A stretch of 20,000 nucleotides of DNA from the sequence record SRR2962707_3124; one strand, given 5' to 3'. A program made the translations under genes and the position numbers. The notes beneath the pieces are model-generated. The model did not search any database. It was not told the DNA's origin and saw nothing but the letters and a program-made list of their open reading frames with translations. Positions 8,392-16,153 of this stretch are shown here, one piece after another. Within the stretch, counting starts at the first letter, position 1; each line of letters starts with the position of its first letter.

Positions 8392-9300
8392 TCATACAGC
8401 GGCTGTGAGAATAGATTGCATTGGTTTATGCGCTTCTTCAATCAACAACGCATAAGAAGCATTATCTTGCCCGATCCGGCATTTGTGAAGCTTGCGACCA
8501 CTTGCAATAATAGATGTCTCGCAGTGCTTTCCTGCTTTTAATGAAATAACGTCGCCGGTCTTCAGTGCTGCTATATCCTTTAAAGTCAGATTGTTGATGC
8601 TAACTGCGCCGGTTAGAACGATATTCACATCTTTCTCAGGCGTCATCTCGCCGCTTGCCGGTTGTTTTGATGCGCTGCTTGCTTGTTTCCTGACGTTTAG
8701 TTTTAGCAAAACGGATTGTGGCGCGAGCAACTGAAATTTATAGGCTTGTTCGCCGAGGAGTAGGCGCAGATCAAAGATTACATGGTCGCTTAAATTAGCC
8801 TGAACTTGCTGCGCAGTTGATGTCTTGGCCGTGACATGCGTGGAAAGCTCAAACACGTTTTCAATTGATAATCCGCATAGCGAAACAAATTCTTGCAGCA
8901 AAGAATTTTGCAGCGGCGAGAAGGCTTCTGGAATTTCTTCTTCGTCGGCTTCTAACTCTGGGTCCGCGCCGAGCATCAGGTCAATAAATTTAAGACCTTC
9001 CGCTATTGGAATATGGAGTGCCGCTGGCATTTTATTGTCGGGCACCATTAAGCCGAAAAGGCTGCAACCCGACAGCTCACGGAATTCAAAACTGTCTATC
9101 TTTCCGTTTATGTCCCATTCGACTTCATAACCAGATTCACGAAACCCATTCGTCAGGCTGGCTTTAAGTCGAAGGCAAACCGCTTCGATGATCTTTTCAA
9201 TATGACCAGCATCGCCCTTTTGGCGCAGAAGACGTTTGTAAACGTCGATTGACGCCGCGCTGGCCTGCTGATCATTGTTATGTCCAGTGTGTGTCGTCAC
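8392..9300 (-). CDS. fliM: Flagellar motor switch protein FliM (divergent, rhizobial type)
   Basis: Lies between motA and fliN. IDLMLGAD middle-domain motif and C-terminal SpoA-like segment ([17 protein letters not shown]...CRIGQ). GTGA overlap with the motA stop. Confidence 0.82.
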   Translation of the reverse strand: MTTHTGHNNDQQASAASIDVYKRLLRQKGDAGHIEKIIEAVCLRLKASLTNGFRESGYEVEWDINGKIDSFEFRELSGCSLFGLMVPDNKMPAALHIPIAEGLKFIDLMLGADPELEADEEEIPEAFSPLQNSLLQEFVSLCGLSIENVFELSTHVTAKTSTAQQVQANLSDHVIFDLRLLLGEQAYKFQLLAPQSVLLKLNVRKQASSASKQPASGEMTPEKDVNIVLTGAVSINNLTLKDIAALKTGDVISLKAGKHCETSIIASGRKLHKCRIGQDNASYALLIEEAHKPMQSILTAAV

Positions 9301-10163
9301 GCGCTTTGCCCACTTGCCGCCATCACTTCATTTTCCACATCGTCAATTGATGGCCGGTATGAATAGGAAATCGTTTTGCGGCCAAACTCCAGCGCAACTT
9401 GCGGCAGGGAGCCGTTCATGTAGGCAATCAAAGTCTGTTTGGCGACAAAGTACAAGCGGACTTGCTTTTCGCGCACAGTTTTAATGTTGGTAGCAATAGG
9501 TCCGACGACTGCATAGGCCAAGAAAATACCGACGAATGTTCCGACCATCGCAGCGCCAATCAGGCCACCGAGAATTTCAGGGCTTTGGTCAATCGCGCCC
9601 ATCGCTTTCACCACGCCAAGAACCGCGGCCACGATACCGAGGGCAGGTAGTCCGTCGGTCATGCCTTGCAGGCCGTGGTAGCACTTTAGCTTGTCGTGCT
9701 TAATGGTCGAAATTTCTTCTTCCATGAGCGCCTCAACTTCATGGGGCCGTGCATTGCCCACAATGATCAGACGCACATAGTCGCAAATAAAACCGACAAG
9801 CGCCTCATCTTTTAGAACCAATGGATAGGCTTGGAAAATTTCAGATTCATCTGGCGCGTCGACGTGCGTTTCAACTTCATTGCGTGGCTTGTTTTTCAAT
9901 TCCCGCAGCAATTGGTAAAGCAGGCCGAGTAGTTGGAGGTAATCTGCCTGGTGCGGAACATCGTTTTTTAAGCCTTCGATAAGGCCTTTTCCTGAGTCTT
10001 TAATGACTGCGATGGGGTTTGCGATAATGAAGATGCCAATGGCAGCGCCGCCAATGATAACAAACTCGAATGGTTGCATCAGAACTTCAATGTGCCCACC
10101 CATAGCCATAAAGCCACCGAGGACACAGCCGAGTGTGATAACCATACCAATAACAATAAGCAC
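9297..10163 (-). CDS. motA: Flagellar stator protein MotA
   Basis: [47 protein letters not shown] and ALEFGRK. GTG start with GGAGG SD at 10169-10173. Confidence 0.97.
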   Translation of the reverse strand: MLIVIGMVITLGCVLGGFMAMGGHIEVLMQPFEFVIIGGAAIGIFIIANPIAVIKDSGKGLIEGLKNDVPHQADYLQLLGLLYQLLRELKNKPRNEVETHVDAPDESEIFQAYPLVLKDEALVGFICDYVRLIIVGNARPHEVEALMEEEISTIKHDKLKCYHGLQGMTDGLPALGIVAAVLGVVKAMGAIDQSPEILGGLIGAAMVGTFVGIFLAYAVVGPIATNIKTVREKQVRLYFVAKQTLIAYMNGSLPQVALEFGRKTISYSYRPSIDDVENEVMAASGQSA

Positions 10164-10188
10164 ATTAACCTCCAGGAGCTAGCGTCTC

Positions 10189-10218
10189 AAGATCGCATGC
10201 AAACCTTGCTTCAAGCTG
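10189..10218 (-). promoter_or_regulatory. Putative class II flagellar promoter of the motA operon (candidate Rem/FtcR-type box plus -10)
   Basis: Minus strand reads CAGCTTGAAGCAAG (10218-10205), then 10 nt, then GATCTT. Same architecture as upstream of the DUF1217 gene and flgB, with a weaker -10. Confidence 0.55.
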
Positions 10219-10275
10219 TCTGCTTTGCCGCTCACCTAATTATAAAACGTGAATTTATAACGCTCGAAATTTGTT

Positions 10276-10305
10276 CAGCTACACGCAAGCGGGCCACGCT
10301 AAGTT
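10276..10305 (+). promoter_or_regulatory. Putative class II flagellar promoter of the DUF1217-flgF-fliI operon
   Basis: CAGCTACACGCAAG (10276-10289), then 10 nt, then TAAGTT (10300-10305). 12 of 14 bases are identical to the flgB-upstream motif. Confidence 0.65.
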
Positions 10306-10333
10306 GTAAATTGGAAAAATTGGAGCATTCCGA

Positions 10334-11116
10334 ATGGTCGGCACACTCACATCATTTAAAATGATCAGCAGCGACATAGATTTGGCGCTTAAGCGAGTGT
10401 CTCAGCAGCCGACCGCCGCACGCGAAGTAAAGTATTTTACCGAGAATATCCAAAAGATAAAATCAGTTGAAGAGTTTGTTGGTGACAGACGCATATTCTC
10501 ATTTGCGATGCAGGCGATGGGTCTGAGCGACATGACCTATGCAAAAGCATTCATGACAAAAGTGCTCAATGAGGGTGTTGATGATCCTAACAGTTTTGCC
10601 AACTCATTGTCGGATTCGCGGTACTCCGAGTTTGCCGAGACCTTCAATTTCAAAGCTTTTGGTGCGGCAACGACCTCGTTTGATTCTGCGCAAAGTGGTG
10701 TTGTGGACAAATATTTGCAGCAGACGCTCGAAGAGCAAGAAGGTGATAAAAACGACGGCGTTCGGTTAGCCCTTTATTTTCAACGCAAGGCGCCCGATGT
10801 GAATTCGTTTCTTGGCATTTTGGCGGACAAGGCGCTTTCAACTGTGGTGCGTACGGCGCTCGGTTTACCTGATGCGCTGGGTGCATCGGATTTAGATAAA
10901 CAAATCGAAGTCATGTCGAAGCGCATGAATATAGAAGATTTAAAAAGTCCAGAGGGACTGAGTAAGTTTCTTGAGCGCTTTACGAGCCTTTGGGACGTAA
11001 GCCACGATACGAGTTCTTCAACATCTTCCGGCGTTGGCTTGTTATTCAATCAAACAGGGCAATTGGGCATATCGACAGACACGATGTTGCAAATTCAACT
11101 CTTGAAACGAGGCTAA
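10334..11116 (+). CDS. DUF1217-family flagellar-locus protein
   Basis: YFTENIQKIKSVEEFV, AMGLSDMTYAKAFMTKVL, FANSLSDSRY, YLQQTLEEQEG, GVRLALYF and VVRTALGLP. Divergent from motA and upstream of flgF. GGAG SD. Confidence 0.88.
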   Translation: MVGTLTSFKMISSDIDLALKRVSQQPTAAREVKYFTENIQKIKSVEEFVGDRRIFSFAMQAMGLSDMTYAKAFMTKVLNEGVDDPNSFANSLSDSRYSEFAETFNFKAFGAATTSFDSAQSGVVDKYLQQTLEEQEGDKNDGVRLALYFQRKAPDVNSFLGILADKALSTVVRTALGLPDALGASDLDKQIEVMSKRMNIEDLKSPEGLSKFLERFTSLWDVSHDTSSSTSSGVGLLFNQTGQLGISTDTMLQIQLLKRG

Positions 11117-11117
11117 T

Positions 11118-11840
11118 ATGATTGATGGAATTAATGTCAGTTTGACGGGGCAGGTTGCGCTAGAGCATCGCTTGACGTCGCTGGCTCAGAATGTTGCCAA
11201 TAGCCGCACTGTTGGCTTTCGCGCTACGCAAATTCGCTTTCAAGAAGCGATGAAAGATGCTGATGGTGAAAAAATATCTATGGTCTCTAAAGGCGATGAG
11301 GTTCTCAGCACCAATTCTGGCGGATTTGAACAAACGGGTAATGAGCTTGATTTAGCGATTGATGGCGATGCTTGGTTCTCTGTGAAAACGCCTGCGGGCA
11401 ATGTCATGACAAAAGACGGGCGCTTCCAGATTACGGCTCAAGGCGCCTTGGTTAATCTAGCGGGTAATCCGGTTCTTGATGGCGGCGGCGCACCAATTCA
11501 GCTTGATGCGGCCGGCGGTACCGTCACTGTGAGTGGCACGGGCGTATTGCACCAAGCTGGTAAAGTCGCTGGCGGTGTTGGACTATTTGCGTTTGATCCA
11601 GGTGTGAATTTTCAGCGCTATGGCGAATCTGGCATTATGTCTAATGCTTCAGTTCAAGCTATTGTTGATCCAGCGCAAGCTGGCGTTTTGCAGGGCTATG
11701 TTGAGCAATCAAATGTGAACCCCGTTCAAGAAATCACCAAACTGATCACAGTTCAACGCAGCTTTGAGCAGGAGGCTGCGGTGATGGACAAATCCAATAA
11801 TTCTCTTGATGCTCTTATTCAGGCGCTTAACAGGTCATAA
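11118..11840 (+). CDS. flgF: Flagellar basal-body rod protein FlgF
   Basis: AQNVANSRTVGFRA, TGNELDLAIDGDAWF, TKDGRF and QGYVEQSNVNPV. Synteny before fliI. Confidence 0.95.
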   Translation: MIDGINVSLTGQVALEHRLTSLAQNVANSRTVGFRATQIRFQEAMKDADGEKISMVSKGDEVLSTNSGGFEQTGNELDLAIDGDAWFSVKTPAGNVMTKDGRFQITAQGALVNLAGNPVLDGGGAPIQLDAAGGTVTVSGTGVLHQAGKVAGGVGLFAFDPGVNFQRYGESGIMSNASVQAIVDPAQAGVLQGYVEQSNVNPVQEITKLITVQRSFEQEAAVMDKSNNSLDALIQALNRS

Positions 11841-11843
11841 TTG

Positions 11844-13184
11844 ATGCAAGCTTTGACCAATCTTGCAGCGGCTATTTCCAATGCTGATTTTTTTGCTGAA
11901 CCCATTCGCATCGGCGGACGGGTAAAAGTACTGCATGGCAATGGTGTAGTGCTGGAAGGTATGCCCGCCGACCTTCGGTTGGGCGATATGGTTGAGCTTG
12001 TTGATGGTCCGCGCAAGACACGCGCTGAGATTGTCAAAATTTCTGATGATAACGCCTTTGGCATCCCTTGTGGCCCACTCATTGGGATAGCGCCGCACAC
12101 GCCAGCTTTTATTGTGCGTCATGAAACATCTACGCTTGTCGATAAAATGTTCGGACGGGTCGTCAACGCATTTGGCGAACCGATAGACGGTAAGGGCCCG
12201 ATCCCATTAGCGGACGCGGCACATGCAGTCTCTGCGAATGTGTCGCCCATGCAGCGGGGGCGCGTTGATGTGCCTGTTAAGACGGGCATTCGTCTGGTTG
12301 ATATTTTTACGCCTATTTGTATTGGCCAGCGCCTTGGGGTGTTTGCTGGCTCAGGTGTTGGTAAATCAACCACGCTCGCAATGTTTGCCAAAACGGACGA
12401 TTTTGATGCGGTCGTGATTGCGCTTGTCGGCGAGCGAAGCCGCGAAGTACGCGAATTTGTTGAAGACACTTTAGGGCCTGAACGGCTAAAGAAGTCGATC
12501 ATTGTCGTTGCAACCAGTGATGAAAGCGCTGTGATGCGCAAGCGCGCACCAATGATGGCGATGGACATTGCAAATGAGCTTGCAGATAAGGGCTTGCGGG
12601 TTTTGTGCCTCGTCGATTCAATGACACGATTTGCCCACGCCCTGCGCGAAGTGGCTGTTGCATTAGGCGAACCGCCTGTGTCTCGCGGCTATCCGTCATC
12701 TGTCTTTACAGAAATGCCAAGGCTGCTTGAAAGGGCAGGGCCAGCGCTTAATGGTTCGACGGGTTCAACCACGATCATCGCAACGGTCCTCGTTGATGGC
12801 GATGATCACAATGATCCTGTATCAGATTCGCTGCGCGGTATTTTAGATGGTCATTTGGTTCTTGACCGCGCACTGGCCAACCGTGGACGCTGGCCAGCGA
12901 TTGATCCAACTGCATCTATCTCGCGTCTTGCGACAAAAGTGTGGAGCGAGAGCGAACGCGGACTGGTCTCAAAACTGCGCGCTATGATTACGCTTTTTGA
13001 GGAGAGCCGAGATTTGCGCATGATGGGTGGATATCAATCGGGTGCCGATCCTGATCTTGATAACGCTGTAGCTCTTGTTCCGGTCATTTATGAATTCTTG
13101 AAACAAGGCCTAGATGACCCTCTTTCACGCGATGTATTCGCCGACCTCTCTGACCATTTAAAACAGGAAACTGCCACGCCATGA
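11844..13184 (+). CDS. fliI: Flagellar export ATPase FliI
   Basis: Walker A GSGVGKST, GERSREVREF, Walker B LVDSMTRFA, GEPPVSRGYP and LDGHLVLDR. Start is ATG 11844 (or TTG 11841). Confidence 0.97.
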   Translation: MQALTNLAAAISNADFFAEPIRIGGRVKVLHGNGVVLEGMPADLRLGDMVELVDGPRKTRAEIVKISDDNAFGIPCGPLIGIAPHTPAFIVRHETSTLVDKMFGRVVNAFGEPIDGKGPIPLADAAHAVSANVSPMQRGRVDVPVKTGIRLVDIFTPICIGQRLGVFAGSGVGKSTTLAMFAKTDDFDAVVIALVGERSREVREFVEDTLGPERLKKSIIVVATSDESAVMRKRAPMMAMDIANELADKGLRVLCLVDSMTRFAHALREVAVALGEPPVSRGYPSSVFTEMPRLLERAGPALNGSTGSTTIIATVLVDGDDHNDPVSDSLRGILDGHLVLDRALANRGRWPAIDPTASISRLATKVWSESERGLVSKLRAMITLFEESRDLRMMGGYQSGADPDLDNAVALVPVIYEFLKQGLDDPLSRDVFADLSDHLKQETATP

Positions 13185-13726
13185 GAAGAAAAAAACTCGT
13201 ACGGCCATCAATGAGAAAAGGCTGGAATCTTACGCGCGGCGATCTGGGTGCGATCGGATTTGTGTGTATGATGGCGGTTGGCGCAATGTTTCTGCCCATC
13301 GATGTTTACATCAATCCTGATCAGTATTCGGCACCTAAAATGGTATTCTCGCGCCAACGCGCTGGCGGTGATGACGCGCAGCTAACTTATATGGCTGGCG
13401 GGCGTGCACTTTTTGATTTGGAAGCCAAGCAGTTTCTGCCTGCTTCTAGTAACTCTGGCATCGATTTTACCACTACTGGCACGGTTCAATCAGCCTCAAA
13501 ATCTGCCAAGCAAAACATGGTCCCGAGCGTAATTTCAAAAAATATCGAGCTGCTTGCAAGTGACCCAAAACGCGCGCTGGTTATCGATGGTGATGGTATC
13601 TACTTGGTTCGGCCGCAATCACGTTTGCCAGGCGGTGGTCACGTTAAGGCGTTGTCAAATGAAACTGGCAAAAAGCGCCTCATCACCACCCGATTTGAAA
13701 TTGTTCAAAGTGCCGAAATCAACTGA
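13181..13726 (+). CDS. Conserved hypothetical single-pass membrane protein between fliI and flgB
   Basis: Basic N-terminus, one hydrophobic helix (LGAIGFVCMMAVGAMFLPI), DFTTTGTV, and a C-terminal beta-rich segment. ATGA overlap with fliI; alternative ATG at 13211. Confidence 0.75.
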   Translation: MRRKKLVRPSMRKGWNLTRGDLGAIGFVCMMAVGAMFLPIDVYINPDQYSAPKMVFSRQRAGGDDAQLTYMAGGRALFDLEAKQFLPASSNSGIDFTTTGTVQSASKSAKQNMVPSVISKNIELLASDPKRALVIDGDGIYLVRPQSRLPGGGHVKALSNETGKKRLITTRFEIVQSAEIN

Positions 13727-13750
13727 TCGGCCCAAACTGAACAGCTAGAC

Positions 13751-13780
13751 AAGCTACAGGCAAGTTCGAAGACGTAGACT
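13751..13780 (+). promoter_or_regulatory. Putative class II flagellar promoter of the flgB operon
   Basis: AAGCTACAGGCAAG (13751-13764), then 10 nt, then TAGACT (13775-13780). CAAG repeats at 11-bp spacing (13750, 13761). SD AAGAGGA at 13793-13799. Confidence 0.68.
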
Positions 13781-13804
13781 CTTAACAGCCTTAAGAGGAA
13801 TGTC

Positions 13805-14158
13805 ATGGATTCAGTTTCAGTTTTTTCAATCGCCTCACGCAATGCGCAGTGGGTATCTGCCCGCCAAGCTGTTGTTGCGAGCAATATAGCGAATGCTGGC
13901 GTCTCTACCTACAAAGCGTCCGATACTGTTTCGTTCGCTGAGACTTTGCAAAACGAAGCCGGTAAATTGATCGCGACAAATAGTAAGCATATGGCGAGCG
14001 CGAACTCTATTGGCGACATCGCTACAGAAAGCACGGGTAAGCGCGTGTCGCTTGAAGACGAACTTGTTAAATCTGCGGATGTTCGCAACCAAGCACAACT
14101 CAATACAGCAATCGTGTCATCATTTCATCGGTTACTCCTCATGACAGTGAGGGTGTAA
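13805..14158 (+). CDS. flgB: Flagellar basal-body rod protein FlgB
   Basis: WVSARQAVVASNIANA...YKASD and VSLEDELVK. First gene before flgC. Confidence 0.92.
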   Translation: MDSVSVFSIASRNAQWVSARQAVVASNIANAGVSTYKASDTVSFAETLQNEAGKLIATNSKHMASANSIGDIATESTGKRVSLEDELVKSADVRNQAQLNTAIVSSFHRLLLMTVRV

Positions 14159-14577
14159 TGGATAATTTAGCAGTCAGTCTTAAAGTTTCCGCGTCTGGCC
14201 TAAGTGCAGAATCGATGCGTATGCGCGTCGTCTCCGAGAATTTGGCCAATGCGCAATCAACATCAAATGTGGCGGGCGGTGATCCCTACACGCGCAAAAT
14301 TGTGACGTTCAATAGTCACATGATGCGCGAAGCAGGTTCCGCTATGGTGAGTATAAACGGTGTGACAACGGATAAGCGCGCCTATATCACCGAATTTGAT
14401 CCGGGTAATCCTGCGGCCGATGCGTCGGGATTTGTGAAAAAGCCAAATGTAAATCCAATCATTGAAATGGCCGATATGCGCGACACGAACCGCGCCTACC
14501 AAGCCAATCTTCAGATATTCAAACAAGCACGTGATCTGATTTCGATGACGATTGATTTGATGAGGTCTGGACGATGA
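14158..14577 (+). CDS. flgC: Flagellar basal-body rod protein FlgC
   Basis: SASGLSAESMRMRVVSENLANA, DPYTRK, DPGNPAAD, PNVN and RAYQANL. Confidence 0.97.
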   Translation: MDNLAVSLKVSASGLSAESMRMRVVSENLANAQSTSNVAGGDPYTRKIVTFNSHMMREAGSAMVSINGVTTDKRAYITEFDPGNPAADASGFVKKPNVNPIIEMADMRDTNRAYQANLQIFKQARDLISMTIDLMRSGR

Positions 14578-14876
14578 TTAGTTCTATTGGTCAAATCGGT
14601 TCAAGCGCTGCATCGGGTGTCGCCGACATCTCTAAGTCAGCGCCGAGCGCATCTCCTGAAACATCGTTCGCACAAGTCTTGGCAGACATGGCTAGTAATA
14701 CTGTCGGCTCTGTAAAAGCGGCCGATAACATGGCCGTGCAAGGCATTATGGGCAAAGCAGATACCCGCGAAGTGGTCGATGCGGTGATGAAGGCTGAGCA
14801 AGCGCTTCAGGCGTCAATTGCTATTCGCGACAAGATCGTGACGGCTTATCTCGAAACAACACGGATGGCTATTTAA
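14574..14876 (+). CDS. fliE: Flagellar hook-basal body protein FliE
   Basis: SFAQVL and EVVDAVMKAEQALQASIAIRDKIVTAYLETTRMAI. Confidence 0.96.
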   Translation: MISSIGQIGSSAASGVADISKSAPSASPETSFAQVLADMASNTVGSVKAADNMAVQGIMGKADTREVVDAVMKAEQALQASIAIRDKIVTAYLETTRMAI

Positions 14877-14885
14877 GTTATGACA

Positions 14886-15674
14886 ATGAAAGCCCTATCA
14901 ATTGCTGCAACGGGCATGAATGCCCAGCAAACCAATCTTGAAGTCATCGCCAACAACATTGCCAATGTGAACACCACGGGCTTTAAGCGGGCTCGCGCTG
15001 AGTTCTCCGATTTGCTTTATCAAACCGAACGCGCTGAAGGTACGCCCAACCGCGCCAACCAAAACATTGTTCCAGAAGGTGTCAATATTGGTCTTGGTGT
15101 TCGCACGGCTGCGGTTCGCAATGTGCATATTCAAGGTGCGCTAACAAGCACAGGCAACAGACTTGATGTTGCGCTTGCTGGCAATGGATGGTTTCAAATT
15201 GAAGGCCCAGGCGGTCAAACAGTATATAGTCGCGCAGGTGCATTCAATACCAACGCAGACGGTCAGATCGTGACGTCAGACGGGTATCCAGTGATACCGA
15301 GCATTACTGTTCCAGAAAATACGGTTGAGATTATTATCAACCAATCTGGCCAAGTCTTCTCCCGCTTGGACGATCAGACCGCGCTGCAAGATCTAGGTCA
15401 AATCACGCTCGCAACATTTGCTAACGATGCGGGTCTAAAGGCCTTGGGTTCTAACCAGTTTAAGGAGACTGAGGCATCTGGTTCGCCGGTTATTGGTGTG
15501 CCGGGCGATCCTGGATTTGCAACAATCGAGCAAGGTTATCTGGAAGCATCAAACGTAGACCCAGTTAAAGAGATTACCGAGCTCATCGCGGCTCAGCGTG
15601 GCTATGAGATGAACTCTAAAGTCATCCAAGCAGCTGATCAGATGGCTGGTGTGGTCTCTAACGGATTAAGATAA
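14886..15674 (+). CDS. flgG: Flagellar distal rod protein FlgG
   Basis: [43 protein letters not shown] and [30 protein letters not shown]. Start is ATG 14886 or 14880. Confidence 0.97.
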   Translation: MKALSIAATGMNAQQTNLEVIANNIANVNTTGFKRARAEFSDLLYQTERAEGTPNRANQNIVPEGVNIGLGVRTAAVRNVHIQGALTSTGNRLDVALAGNGWFQIEGPGGQTVYSRAGAFNTNADGQIVTSDGYPVIPSITVPENTVEIIINQSGQVFSRLDDQTALQDLGQITLATFANDAGLKALGSNQFKETEASGSPVIGVPGDPGFATIEQGYLEASNVDPVKEITELIAAQRGYEMNSKVIQAADQMAGVVSNGLR

Positions 15675-16153
15675 TGCGTAAAATAGCGGCGCTTGCCGCG
15701 CGTTTTTCTAGTGCAGTCGCACTTCTAGTCGCTTGCCTTGCAATTAGTTTTCCTGCTGCGGCCGCAACCGATGTTGCGACCGCTGTACGCGTGATTTATC
15801 CGGGTCAGACAATCAGCGCTGATATGCTGAAAATAGTAAAACTTGACCGCGAAATGCCCAATGCTGACAGAGCGATTGGACAACTGGATGATTTGATCGG
15901 CAAGGTCGCTACAAAAACTATTTTACCTAACCGTTTGATTTTCAGCAGCGCTGTTTCCGAAAACGCGATTATTGAAGCTGGGCAGGAAATTCAGGTTCTT
16001 TATACGACCAATTCGATCACGATATCGATGGAAGCAGTTGCTTTGGAGGATGGCGCGAAGGGCGATTTTATTCGCATTCGTAACCGTGACAGCGCGCGGA
16101 TTATTGTCGGTAAAGTTTCTGAAGATGGTGTTGTCCATATAGGTGCACGATGA
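15674..16153 (+). CDS. flgA: P-ring assembly chaperone FlgA
   Basis: Signal peptide, SAF domain (RVIYPGQTI, IGKVATKTILPNR), ALEDGAKGDFIRIRNRDS. Confidence 0.93.
   Translation: MRKIAALAARFSSAVALLVACLAISFPAAAATDVATAVRVIYPGQTISADMLKIVKLDREMPNADRAIGQLDDLIGKVATKTILPNRLIFSSAVSENAIIEAGQEIQVLYTTNSITISMEAVALEDGAKGDFIRIRNRDSARIIVGKVSEDGVVHIGAR

Noticed and set aside
10074..10364. 96-aa ORF spanning the motA-DUF1217 spacer
   Set aside because: Overlaps both flanking genes and both predicted promoters, with no coding signal.
12119..12568. 149-aa antisense ORF within fliI, and the other short nested ORFs in the track
   Set aside because: All lie inside confidently assigned genes and have no independent coding evidence.
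13782..13794. TTAA-N5-TTAA as a CtrA site at flgB
   Set aside because: Spacer is 5 nt, not 7. Treated instead as part of the inverted repeat.
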